From the NCBI RefSeq assembly GCF_900079115.1, contig NZ_LT549890.1, forward strand, positions 1,410,001-1,442,000: a stretch of DNA of 32,000 nt, given 5' to 3'. Made by a program: the position numbers and the translations under genes. The notes under the pieces are model-generated. The model was not told where the DNA came from. It ran no database searches and worked only from the letters and a program-made list of their open reading frames with translations. The stretch's first letter is position 1; the number at the start of each line of letters is the position of its first letter. This stretch comes from Saccharolobus solfataricus (GTDB lineage: Archaea; Thermoproteota; Thermoprotei_A; Sulfolobales; Sulfolobaceae). Of this stretch, positions 18,675 to 26,817 are shown piece by piece.

Positions 18675-18690
18675 CTCGTTAATTAACGAG
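18675..18690. repeat. Perfect 16-bp palindrome CTCGTTAATTAACGAG over the ISC1212 transposase stop codon
   Basis: Read directly from the sequence. Its function is unknown (terminator or binding site). Confidence 0.9.
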
Positions 18691-19634
18691 TACCTTCGTC
18701 CTAATCCTCGTCGAAAGAATTTCGAGATCACGATAGAAGTTAAGGAAGAATACCTCCATAACCACTCCCCTTAAAGTTGTAGACGAAGCCTTACCTTCCC
18801 TAATCTCAACACCACTACCCTCAACCGGAAGTCCAGCACTACCAACACCCTTAACTAAGACGTCCTCCCTAAAAATCCAAGCCCTATCAGCCATTAACTT
18901 AACGTTATCAAATGAAAAGGCTAGATCACTTAAATTGGCCAATCCAACCTTGAAGTCCCTAACGAAATTAGTCCTCCTTTCCACAAGATTACAGACCTTA
19001 AACCCGAAGTAGGACTTACCGTGCTTCCTACCCCAACTACCCTTATACTTCCTAAAGGCTGTGAAGTTCTTGAGCTTGGAAGTAGTATAACCCATGAGGA
19101 GAAAAACGTCATTGAACCCCATCTCCTTAAGGTCAAGTGAGATCTTCTCAAGACCGTTTTGAAGACTCCTCTTTCCGGGGTAGGCCTCACGGAAGAATGT
19201 GTCAATTATGTGGTAGTCCTCGAACCTATCGTTTTTTCTCTCCCAACTTCAAGTTCAAAGCCCTTTTCCCTATACTCGCTGATCACCTTGTCCAAAGCCT
19301 TGTTTAACTCATCCATCAGTGTTGTTCTCATCGTCTCGCCCTCTTGAATAACTGTTTGTTGAAGTTTCTTGTAGAAGAAGAATACTGTGCTCTTTGGTGG
19401 AACTTTCCCGCCCAAGAAGTCCATAAACCTCTTACTGTCCCTAATTTCTCCCTCCAAGTTATTCCAAGAGATGTCGAAAACGAACTTGATTAGGAGGACT
19501 TTGAGGAGTAAGATGACGTCCCACTTGGGCTTCTTGGAGTAAAGGGACTTAAGCTTACTCCTAAACGTTTCCCAAGGGAAGGATTTATCCACCTTGAGTA
19601 AGAGGTCCTTTTCAGTTGAAATTGCCTTTACCAT
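18679..19634 (-). CDS. IS5-family DDE transposase in two frames joined at an A6 run (frameshift, either programmed or inactivating)
   Basis: The upstream frame ends ...ELEVGREKTIGSRTTT*. The -1 frame continues ...NDRFEDYHIIDTFFREA...WGRKHGKSYFGFKV...LMADRAWI (DDE_Tnp_1-like). The switch point is the T6 run at 19232-19237 on the plus strand. Confidence 0.7.
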
Positions 19635-20742
19635 AATATTATCTCATCCTAATTTCTTATTAATATTACTCATGAATTGCCATTTTAATCAACTTGGATA
19701 ACGTCCCGTGGTCTACCGCTGGACGAACAGAGTGGGGTGGGTGTCGAAAGCACTCACTAGCTATGAAGTGATGAGAATGAAGGCGGTAAACCGCAAACCT
19801 ATGAACCGCTCTAAGGGAACCATTGCCCTTTACGGTAGACCCAAAATCACCTCCATAAAAATAAATCTATAGTATTAATAAGTGTTTCCTCAAGATTAAA
19901 TATAAAATCCTTTAGATCAGATAAATCGTCTAGAAAGCAGAGGATGAGCAGCAATCTAAACTCCTCTCTTGTCATGACGTTCTTAAACACGGTGTAAAGC
20001 GAGTAGAAGATCATGGCCAGCACGAAGATCAACTCGCGGAAGATGAACTTGGTGGAGCTCGTGAAGGGAAGGAAGGCCTTGATGTTCCTGTAAGACGTCT
20101 CAATGGGACTCCTAACCTTGTTGTACAACTTCAGCACTTCCCTCTTGGGTAGGTCGAGGTTGGTCGCCCTCGCGAAGTACACCACGGTCTTCTTCCTCTT
20201 CTTAACGATTTCCTTACCATACACCAGGAGTCTGAACTTGACCTGCTCTTCCTTCTTATACCTCTTACTGTTTGTCGTGTACTCTCCGTCGAACTCCTCG
20301 TAGATCTTCACGTCCCCCACAGGGACTCCTATCACGAACTTGAACTGCGATATGAACTTGAGGACTTCCACGGTGTAGAATCCCGCGTCCAAGGTTACGA
20401 GCCCCACCTTGAGGCCCATTCCCACAATTTGCTCCATGAGAAGCTTCACGATCTCATCCTTGCTCATCCCGTTAACTTGGGGAACGAAAGCTAGGAGGAG
20501 CACCATATTCTGATACTTCGTGATCGCGGTAGCGTAGTTCCACGAGTTCCCCTTGGCTGAACTACCCAGTCCCTCCACCGGCTTACCATACCACGTCTTG
20601 GTTGTCCAGTCTATGGAGATGTCGACTTCCTTCACTCCCTTGAGTATCTCCATGGAAATCCTCCTCATGGACTCTAATAGCTTCTCGATCACCTCAGTTC
20701 CCTGCTCCTCCACGTAGTTCCTCACGGTCTGTGGTGACACGT

Positions 20743-21970
20743 GAGAGTGTCCGGAATGTAATTATCTGAACGAATAGATAAACAGAATGATAAATATTAA
20801 TATTGCCAGAAGGGTAGGACCTGGATCACCGAGAAAAACTTTATAATGGAAAAATATCAAGACGAGAGGATTTACCTATCGCGCATAGCGTTGCTTGATC
20901 GCGAGGAGGCGCGTCTCAGAGCTGAACGGCTCTACGTCCTGGAGGAGTCCTCCGTTGGATCGCGAGGAACATCTTGATGTTGTAGATCACTCCCAGGACG
21001 TGAAGGAAGACGTCGTTCCTCCAGGTCGTGGTCCCGTAGGGCCTCCAGAACGCGTTCAGGTAGGTGCCGAAGAACTCCACGTGGGCCCTCAGGGTAGTGA
21101 AGGGCTTCTCCCGCGCTATGAGCTGTGTCGGGGAGGGAGAGAATCCCCTGTCCGCGATCTTAATCCCCTTGAGCGGTGACTTGAACCTCTTGTCCGAGAA
21201 GTTGGCCGGCTTCACCGTGATGGACCTCACGAAGAGGGAGACGGAGATCACGGCTATGGCCTTGAGCCCGTAGTGCGAGACCCCTCTCTTCTTGGTCCAC
21301 CTTCCCTCGAACCTCCTCTTGGTTCTCCCCAGGGAGAGCAGCTTCCTGGCCCTCTCCAGGTTACCTTCCCTCCTCTCCAGCTCCGCCTTCTCCCGAAAGG
21401 TCTCCACGCTCCTCTTCCCAGGAGGTAAGTCCAGTAGGAAGGAGTCCACTAGCCACGCCATGAAGTCCACGAGATGCGCGCTCGCAGGGAGGTAACTGGG
21501 TAGGCACTTCTCCTCAAGCTTGAAGGAAATCTCCAACAACTTCTTCCTCACCCCGTACAACCTGCCCACGAAGTCGTGCAGCGTGCTCTTCCCCACCTTC
21601 CTCCCCACGAACCAGGCCACGACCACGTTCACGTTAACCATTTTCACCGCGTCCCTATAGGAGCAAGAGTAGAGCACCATGACGATTAACAACTTCAAGT
21701 AAACCAGCGCGCCCTCGCCCAGAACCCTCTCCAAATCCATGGCGTCCAGCACGGGCTTGATCTCCGTTAACCATTTTTCCCTCCACGGCATATCCTCTAT
21801 TGGGGGAAGAGGGTAGTACATCAGGTTTGGTATGTGTCTTAATGTTCTTGCCATGGTACTACCCTCTACTCCCATAACTTAAGTGTTACTCCAATTTAAT
21901 CCAAGATAATGCTAAAAACCAATTTATTCTTGCCAATAAAAATTCAATTTTTTACATTCCGGACACTCTC
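20743..21970 (-). mobile_element. GC-rich 1228-bp IS5-type element (ISC1234 size class) nested in the ISC1225-type transposase gene
   Basis: It has 19-bp perfect inverted termini GAGAGTGTCCGGAATGTAA. ACGT occurs at 20739-20742 and 21971-21974. GC content is visibly above 50%, against the mid-30s around it. Confidence 0.8.
20916..21875 (-). CDS. IS5-family DDE transposase, apparently intact
   Basis: 319 aa with RWTKKRGVSHYGLKAI...VKPANFSD...IADRGF (DDE_Tnp_1-like pattern). Confidence 0.8.
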   Translation of the reverse strand: MGVEGSTMARTLRHIPNLMYYPLPPIEDMPWREKWLTEIKPVLDAMDLERVLGEGALVYLKLLIVMVLYSCSYRDAVKMVNVNVVVAWFVGRKVGKSTLHDFVGRLYGVRKKLLEISFKLEEKCLPSYLPASAHLVDFMAWLVDSFLLDLPPGKRSVETFREKAELERREGNLERARKLLSLGRTKRRFEGRWTKKRGVSHYGLKAIAVISVSLFVRSITVKPANFSDKRFKSPLKGIKIADRGFSPSPTQLIAREKPFTTLRAHVEFFGTYLNAFWRPYGTTTWRNDVFLHVLGVIYNIKMFLAIQRRTPPGRRAVQL

Positions 21971-22302
21971 ACGTTATACCCTTTGGACTTGCTTTCCACG
22001 GAGTCGTTCCACAAGCACGCGGAGACCAGAACTCTCGATACCTCCTCAGCCTTTCTTCCCTTGAAGCTCAACATGGAAAGTAATTTATACCCTACTTGTT
22101 GTATATTATTTTGGTGGGGAAGACCAGGTGTTATCACCTTGTCTTCACCACGTGATAATACCGGCTTCCTCACCTTAAATCTTTCTTCAATTAGTTGCGT
22201 TCTTGTTAAAGCTATAAATTCTATTATTTTTCAGAATCTGATATTACCCAACCAAAATTATTTTTTGTAAAATGATTTTGGGTCTACCGTTTAGGGCGGT
22301 GA

Positions 22303-22408
22303 GGAGGTCAGATTATGACCATTATATATTCTATATTCACAAACATATAAGCACAGGAGGTCAGATTATGACCATTATATATTCTATATTCACAAACATA
22401 TAAGCACA
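22303..22408 (+). repeat. Perfect 53-bp tandem duplication (2 units)
   Basis: The unit ggaggtcagattatgaccattatatattctatattcacaaacatataagcaca occurs at 22303-22355 and 22356-22408 with no mismatch. Confidence 0.95.
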
Positions 22409-22601
22409 AAGGAAAGTTCAATTTCTGAACCGTATTAAATAACGTAACGGCAGTTATCTTATTTTTCCTTAGTAATAATGGAAAAACGTCAATATCTAGA
22501 AAGCTTTTTGATGCAATTCTGGAGCGATATATATCAAGATCTCTGACCCTGCATCATAACTACTAGAAAGATTTATATATTACTTACACCTAAAATTTAC
22601 T

Positions 22602-22835
22602 ATGGAAAGAATGATATCTAAGGTCACCAGGAACTTTCAAGTCACAATTCCTTATGAGATTAGAAAAGTGCTAGGAATAAAAGAGGGAGACTATATTGAG
22701 TTCGCAATAGAAAACGGTAAGGTCATGATAAAACCTGTTAGAAAAGTTTGGTCAACTATTAGACTTGGAAGAGAAGTTACAGTGGAGGAGATTGAGGAAA
22801 TCGCAAGTAAGGCCTTTAAAGATGATAGTAGTTGA
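22602..22835 (+). CDS. vapB: AbrB/SpoVT-fold antitoxin (VapB-like)
   Basis: 77 aa. The sequence VTRNFQVTIPYEIRKVLGIKEGDYIEF is a swapped-hairpin AbrB motif. It overlaps the downstream PIN gene. Confidence 0.85.
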   Translation: MERMISKVTRNFQVTIPYEIRKVLGIKEGDYIEFAIENGKVMIKPVRKVWSTIRLGREVTVEEIEEIASKAFKDDSS

Positions 22836-23211
22836 TACGAATGTCCTAATTTACGCCACTCTTGAAGACAGCGAATTTCATACTCAAAGTCTAGAGATAA
22901 TTGAGGGATCAGACATAATAGTTCCCCAAATTGTAGTCTTCGAATACATAAAGGTACTATCTGAAATTGTACAGAACTTAGATTTCATAAAAACAAAAAT
23001 CTCAGAGTTAAACAATTTTGTCGTTGTTTGCGAAGACCTTAATACTATAGCACTAGCGTTGAGACTATTAGCAGAGTTAAAACTTTCACTGAAAGACATT
23101 AACGATATGATAATCTTAACCGCAGCAATTAAGACAAACAGCTCCATAGCCACATTTGATCAGAAGCTTAGAAAGATTGCAGACAAGAAGGGAGTTAAAG
23201 TTTTGCCTTGA
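22822..23211 (+). CDS. vapC: PIN-domain toxin (VapC-like)
   Basis: I prefer the ATG at 22822 (MIVVDTNVLIYA...), a 14-bp overlap with vapB. The track's 22765 start would add 19 residues read through vapB. The conserved acidic residues (VDTN, FEY, ILTAA, TFD) fit a PIN domain. Confidence 0.85.
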   Translation: MIVVDTNVLIYATLEDSEFHTQSLEIIEGSDIIVPQIVVFEYIKVLSEIVQNLDFIKTKISELNNFVVVCEDLNTIALALRLLAELKLSLKDINDMIILTAAIKTNSSIATFDQKLRKIADKKGVKVLP

Positions 23212-23237
23212 TTATTTTTTAAAGTAACAGTCATTAA

Positions 23238-23364
23238 GCTTTGTGGGATTGTTGAATATTCATAAAGGGTTATGAGATGTCAATCTGAATTGTGCATCTT
23301 ATCATTAATTGAAAGGAAGATAATAGTGGTTTAGTGTAAAAATATTCAACAGATCAACTAAGCA
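23238..23364 (+). mobile_element. ~127-bp MITE, same family as 9373-9503
   Basis: gctttgtgggattgttgaat...attaattgaaaggaagataatagtggtttag...caacagatcaactaagca aligns along its whole length with the 9373 copy. No TSD is detectable. Confidence 0.7.
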
Positions 23365-23372
23365 CAAGGATC

Positions 23373-24414
23373 GAGTCTGGGACAAATTAGTATAATGGGT
23401 TTCCAAATTTATATAGCATTTCGGGATTTTTAATCTAGCGCTTTAGACCACAGTAGATCGTGAATCGCGACCCTCGCTAAGACCGTCAAGTGGATCCTCT
23501 CTTCCCTGACCTTATTTATGATCCACCCTGTCCTCCTTTTAATGAAGATCAGAGCCTCTCACGCTTAAAATACTCCTCCAAATACTCCAGTGGGTTCTTC
23601 ATGAACTTCAATATCATCTCCCTCCACCTTTTCCCTCCCTTGATCGTAGCGTTAGGGTATCAAGTTCTCAGAATCAGGGAAGTCATCCAGTATAGACTTG
23701 CTATAGTACTTGTCAGCCCTCAAGGAGTCAACCTTTACACCAAGATCCCTCAGGACCTCGAGGACCATCTCATAAGCCTCCCTCTCACTCTTAAGCGAAT
23801 AACCGTAAGCGACAATCAAGTTACTACCCAAGTCAAAGATGAAGAAGGAGTACGCGAACTCCTTCCTTCACATCTTCCCCAGACTTCTCCCTTTCACTCC
23901 TTTAATGCTTGGTTACTACTAGGGAATAACCTGTCCTGTCCATGACCACCTTGAGGCCACTAGCGGTCTTTGAGAGTAGGTTGTAGAGGATGACGAAGAT
24001 GTGGGGTGGGAGTATAGTCTCTCTACTGTCTTGTGGCTTATCTCCTCCTTCGTTAGGTTCAGTAGTAATGCTAGTTCTGCGGTTTCCCTGTTGGATAAGC
24101 CTAGATATTCCTTGATTATCAGTATGTATGCCTTCTCTTGTGGGGTTAGTTTGCTTTTTCTCCCTTGTTCTTTCTTGATCTTGACGAACTTTGCCTCCTC
24201 TAAGTCTTAACTCTCGACCGAATCTTCTTAATCTGGCTAACCTCTCTTCTTCGCTCTCCTTATTGTTCTCTATCTTACTGAGCCTACTTTCCTTGTGCAA
24301 CTTGATCAAGTCCTCTATTGACTCCTTGAAATTGTCGAAGTCTTTCTGAGTTAACTTCTTATTCATGTGTTCATGATACAAAATAAGGGGTATCTAAAGT
24401 TTTTGTCCCAGAGT
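23373..24414 (-). mobile_element. Degenerate ~1.04-kb IS (size class of ISC1048/ISC1058)
   Basis: Inverted termini are GAGTCTGGGACAAA and TTTGTCCCAGAGT. Near-identical 10-bp direct repeats flank it: CACAAGGATC (23363-23372) and CACAGGGATC (24415-24424). Confidence 0.65.
23490..24381 (-). pseudogene. Transposase gene broken by several frameshifts and stops
   Basis: Three segments lie in different frames. They are MNKKLTQKDFDNF..., KLTPQEKAYILIIKEYLGLSNRETAELALLLNLTKEEISHKTVERL (HTH-like), and VVMDRTGYSL...FAYSFFIFDLGSNLIVAYGY...LRADKYYS... Confidence 0.65.
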
Positions 24415-24505
24415 CACAGGGATCAAAAAACTTTTTATAAAAATGACATGCTGTTGCTAATAACAAATTTATAGAGGAATACGGAATTAATTATATTCAA
24501 AAGAA

Positions 24506-25771
24506 TTAGCTTCTCCTTATGAGCAGTATAACCAAACCTGCTAGGAAAGAGAATAGTGCCATCATGTAGACTCCATCTATAAAAGATCCAGTGAATGACT
24601 TCAGAAATCCCACTACTATAGGTCCCACAATTCCTCCTAAGTTACCTACTGCATTTATAAGACCTATTGCTGCTGCAGCTGCATCACCATGTAAAAACTT
24701 CTGTGGAACTGCCCAAAATGTAGCTATAAAACTGTATATTCCAATTGCAGCTATTGCGAAGAAGATAAACGATAGAACAAATATATTCTGCGTTAATGCA
24801 CTTAAACCCAAGCCGACACCAGCAATTATAAATACTATGGAGGTAATAGATCTGTGCCTTTGGGTTCGATCAGCTAAATGCGCTATAAATATTAGTGAAA
24901 TTGAAGCTATTACATATGGTATTACCGATAAGAAGCTTGCAACAGTCGCGTTAACTTTTCCAAATGAACTTATAATAGATGGAAGCCAAATAGAATAACC
25001 ATAAAGACTTGTTACTCCTAGAAAATATACAATAGCAAGGATTATTACATCCCTATTAGTTAACGCCTTGGTCCATTTAACGTTTACCTTTTCCGTTTCT
25101 TCCTCTTTAAACGCATTTTGAATAGCAATTTTTTCCTCATTACTTAACCATTTTGCATCTTTAGGAAAGTCAGTTAGAATAAAATATGCTAATATCCCAC
25201 CAATAATTGCTAATATACCTTCATATATGAAAAGGTACCTCCAACCAGGGTAATCGCCATATGTTGCAAATATGGCACCAGCTATTAGTCCACCAAATAT
25301 TCCAGAAACGGGAATTGCTGCAGTGAAAAAACTATTAGCTGTAGCTCTCTCCGGCTTTAAAAACCACAGACTAAGATAAAACATAACGCCAGCAAAGAAA
25401 GGTCCTTCAGCTATTCCAAGTAAAAATCTTAATACGTAAACTTGTGATACCGAGGAAACAAATCCTGTCAATATGGTAATTATTCCCCAGACCGTAAATG
25501 CTGCTAGAAATATTTTTCTAACACCATACCTATTGATACCCAAGTTAGAGAAAATTTGAGGAATGAAATACCCTATAAAGAATAGGGATGATGCGAGAGA
25601 AGCAATTATACCAACTTGTCTAGTTGGGACACCTAAATATTGGAACATATGAGCATCTATTGCATATGAAATATTTACTCTGTCTAGGAAGTTTACAATA
25701 TACAGGAAAAAGAGAATTGGAAGGATCCTAAGATATCTTTTATGTCTGGAACTCTCAACAAGGGACTTCAT
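24506..25771 (-). CDS. MFS transporter (anion:cation symporter / phthalate-permease-like)
   Basis: 421 aa with 12 predicted TM helices. LDRVNISYA follows TM1, which is typical of the ACS subfamily. Confidence 0.85.
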   Translation of the reverse strand: MKSLVESSRHKRYLRILPILFFLYIVNFLDRVNISYAIDAHMFQYLGVPTRQVGIIASLASSLFFIGYFIPQIFSNLGINRYGVRKIFLAAFTVWGIITILTGFVSSVSQVYVLRFLLGIAEGPFFAGVMFYLSLWFLKPERATANSFFTAAIPVSGIFGGLIAGAIFATYGDYPGWRYLFIYEGILAIIGGILAYFILTDFPKDAKWLSNEEKIAIQNAFKEEETEKVNVKWTKALTNRDVIILAIVYFLGVTSLYGYSIWLPSIISSFGKVNATVASFLSVIPYVIASISLIFIAHLADRTQRHRSITSIVFIIAGVGLGLSALTQNIFVLSFIFFAIAAIGIYSFIATFWAVPQKFLHGDAAAAAIGLINAVGNLGGIVGPIVVGFLKSFTGSFIDGVYMMALFSFLAGLVILLIRRS

Positions 25772-26020
25772 ATTTTAAAGATTGTTAAAACTGGTTAATA
25801 ATCTTTATGATAGATATAAGTGCTATTCTTAAGTTTAAATTAATATTCTGCTCAAAAGATTTAATTATTTAGAATCTTTTCATGATAATTGCAAAGAGGA
25901 CCATGAGTACTAGAAATTTTTGTAATATTGGTTTAATTGTGAATAATAAATTCTAGTTTCCATAATATTGCTTATATATTCTCTGTTATTTCTAAGTAAA
26001 GCATTGCTTTTCTTGCATCG

Positions 26021-26183
26021 GGGGAATTCAGATACCAATTGTGAACTCACTTTATTTCAAAGAAGCTACTAAATTAACTAAATGAAGACAACTAACTATC
26101 AGAGATGCATGATTACCAATATTAACATTTTTACAGAAAAGTTATTTACAAATTACAATCCATAAAGAAGACTTGAATCACCC
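26021..26183 (+). mobile_element. Intact 163-bp MITE (SM4 size class), paralogue of the copy split by ISC1439
   Basis: It aligns in reverse complement to 14856-15003 plus 16443-16468. The ends are imperfectly inverted (GGGGAATTCAGAT / reverse complement GGGTGATTCAAGT). Confidence 0.55.
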
Positions 26184-26254
26184 TTACCAATTCTAAGGGA
26201 GGAGATTAATAAATATGAAAGATAATTTTTACAAAAATGAAAAGCCTTTAGAGC

Positions 26255-26392
26255 GAGGTCAGTTGTTGAGCCTTTTCCCACTTAACTGTTACGTACTCTC
26301 ATTATCAATTAACCTCAAGGTGTACAGTTTACGTTTGTAATGATCCTTAGATGCTCTCAATAACCCAATAAATCGTCAAACTGTATAAAGAA
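26255..26392 (-). mobile_element. Diverged copy of the ~130-bp MITE family
   Basis: The reverse complement contains ...ttacaaacgtaaactgtacaccttgaggttaattga..., which matches the core of the 9373 copy. The ends are eroded. Confidence 0.35.
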
Positions 26393-26549
26393 TAAAAATA
26401 ATTTTCTCGGTCACTTTTGAATAAGATAGAAATTGCAAACGTTCAATGAGGTTTACGCAGATTAGTAAGATAGTCATTCTCGGTATCAGACACGCTTTGT
26501 CTTTATAGCGGAAATCATAATTATTTACTCTTAAAAAAAGGAATGTAGG

Positions 26550-26679
26550 TGCTTTGTTGAATACTTCAATTTTTTAAGATGCTAAGCTCATCAATTTTTC
26601 TTAAATTCGAAATCAAGCGTTAATTTAAAAGTAAAATCCACGTTAACTCAGATAAAGATTGAAGAGATCCATAAAGCAA
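26550..26679 (+). mobile_element. 130-bp MITE (TGCTTTGT... ...ATAAAGCA), uninterrupted paralogue of 13658-13867, with a 9-bp TSD
   Basis: GAATGTAGG occurs at 26541-26549 and 26680-26688. Confidence 0.7.
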
Positions 26680-26817
26680 GAATGTAGGAGTTTTCTCGTT
26701 ATATTATACTTAACTACCTTATAACAGACGGGGGTTCAAAGGGAGCGGAAAACTTCTCTTTGAGGCGGATCCCTTTGTAGAAAAGTTAAAAATAGGAAAA
26801 TAACGAAATACACATCA

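Larger units (their letters stand above)
18494..19705 (-). mobile_element. ISC1212 (IS5 family, exactly 1212 bp)
   Basis: Inverted termini are GACGTTGTCCGATTTGAGCAAAAT and GACGTTATCCAAGTTGATTAAAAT (reverse complement). The 4-bp TSD CCGT sits at 18490-18493 and 19706-19709. Confidence 0.85.
17328..19832 (+). pseudogene. tnpB: tnpB (OrfB, RuvC-like plus zinc finger), interrupted 43 codons before its stop by ISC1212 and at its stop codon by the ISC1225-type element
   Basis: The ORF 17328-18493 reads ...GLKTQPV. Removing 18494-19709 continues it in frame as VYRWTNRVGWVSKALTSYEVMRMKAVNRKPMNRSKGTIAL. Removing 19833-22293 restores a TAG stop. The motifs SIDLGI, CSLCG...CPRT and NADLNGAINI are present. 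Confidence 0.8.
19847..22173 (-). pseudogene. ISC1225-type transposase gene split by the nested IS
   Basis: The N-terminal part (22173-21975) reads MRKPVLSRGEDKV...SVESKSKGYN. It joins in frame to VSPQTVRNYVEEQG... (20740-19847) when 1232 bp are removed, giving ~364 aa in total. Confidence 0.8.
19833..22289 (-). mobile_element. ISC1225-type element (1225 bp once the nested 1228-bp IS and its 4-bp TSD are removed)
   Basis: It has 17-bp perfect inverted termini CGGTAGACCCAAAATCA. The 4-bp TSD TTTA sits at 19829-19832 and 22290-22293. Confidence 0.8.
16860..22302 (+). mobile_element. IS200/IS605-family element (tnpA plus tnpB) hosting three nested insertion sequences. Outer boundaries are approximate
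   Basis: It has a Y1 transposase gene and a tnpB gene. Hairpins carrying a TAGGG(G)CGG motif occur at both ends (16883-16905 and 19822-19832 plus 22294-22300). About 1.77 kb remain after removing the inserts. Confidence 0.55.

Noticed and set aside
18930-19347. ORFs 18930-19205 (minus) and 19159-19347 (plus) inside ISC1212
   Set aside because: One is in the wrong frame and the other is antisense relative to the DDE transposase, whose motifs lie in the two other minus-strand frames.
19681-19832. A GC-richer 150-bp stretch with GTGATGA (C-box-like) and ggtctaccgctgg, considered as an sRNA or tRNA-like gene
   Set aside because: It translates in frame as the missing C-terminus of tnpB (VYRWTN...MRMKAVNRKPMNRSKGTIAL). 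No D box (CTGA) lies at the right distance, and there is no cloverleaf.
20895-21495. Three plus-strand ORFs (20895-21179, 21064-21273, 21292-21495), plus 20103-20303 and 21983-22270
   Set aside because: They are antisense to IS transposase genes. Long open antisense frames are expected in GC-rich DNA.
21952-22173. The 73-aa ORF as a complete gene
   Set aside because: It is the N-terminal exon-like part of the ISC1225-type transposase. Its last 6 codons (VRVSGM) and its stop are contributed by the terminal repeat of the nested IS.
22765-22821. The upstream start (22765) given for the PIN-domain ORF
   Set aside because: It would overlap vapB by 71 bp and add a non-conserved extension. The ATG at 22822, which gives MIVVDTNVLIY, is the typical VapC N-terminus with a short overlap.
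23490-23945. 151-aa plus-strand ORF, and 24001-24210
   Set aside because: They are antisense to the decayed transposase of the 1.04-kb IS. The minus strand carries the recognisable HTH and DDE-region segments.
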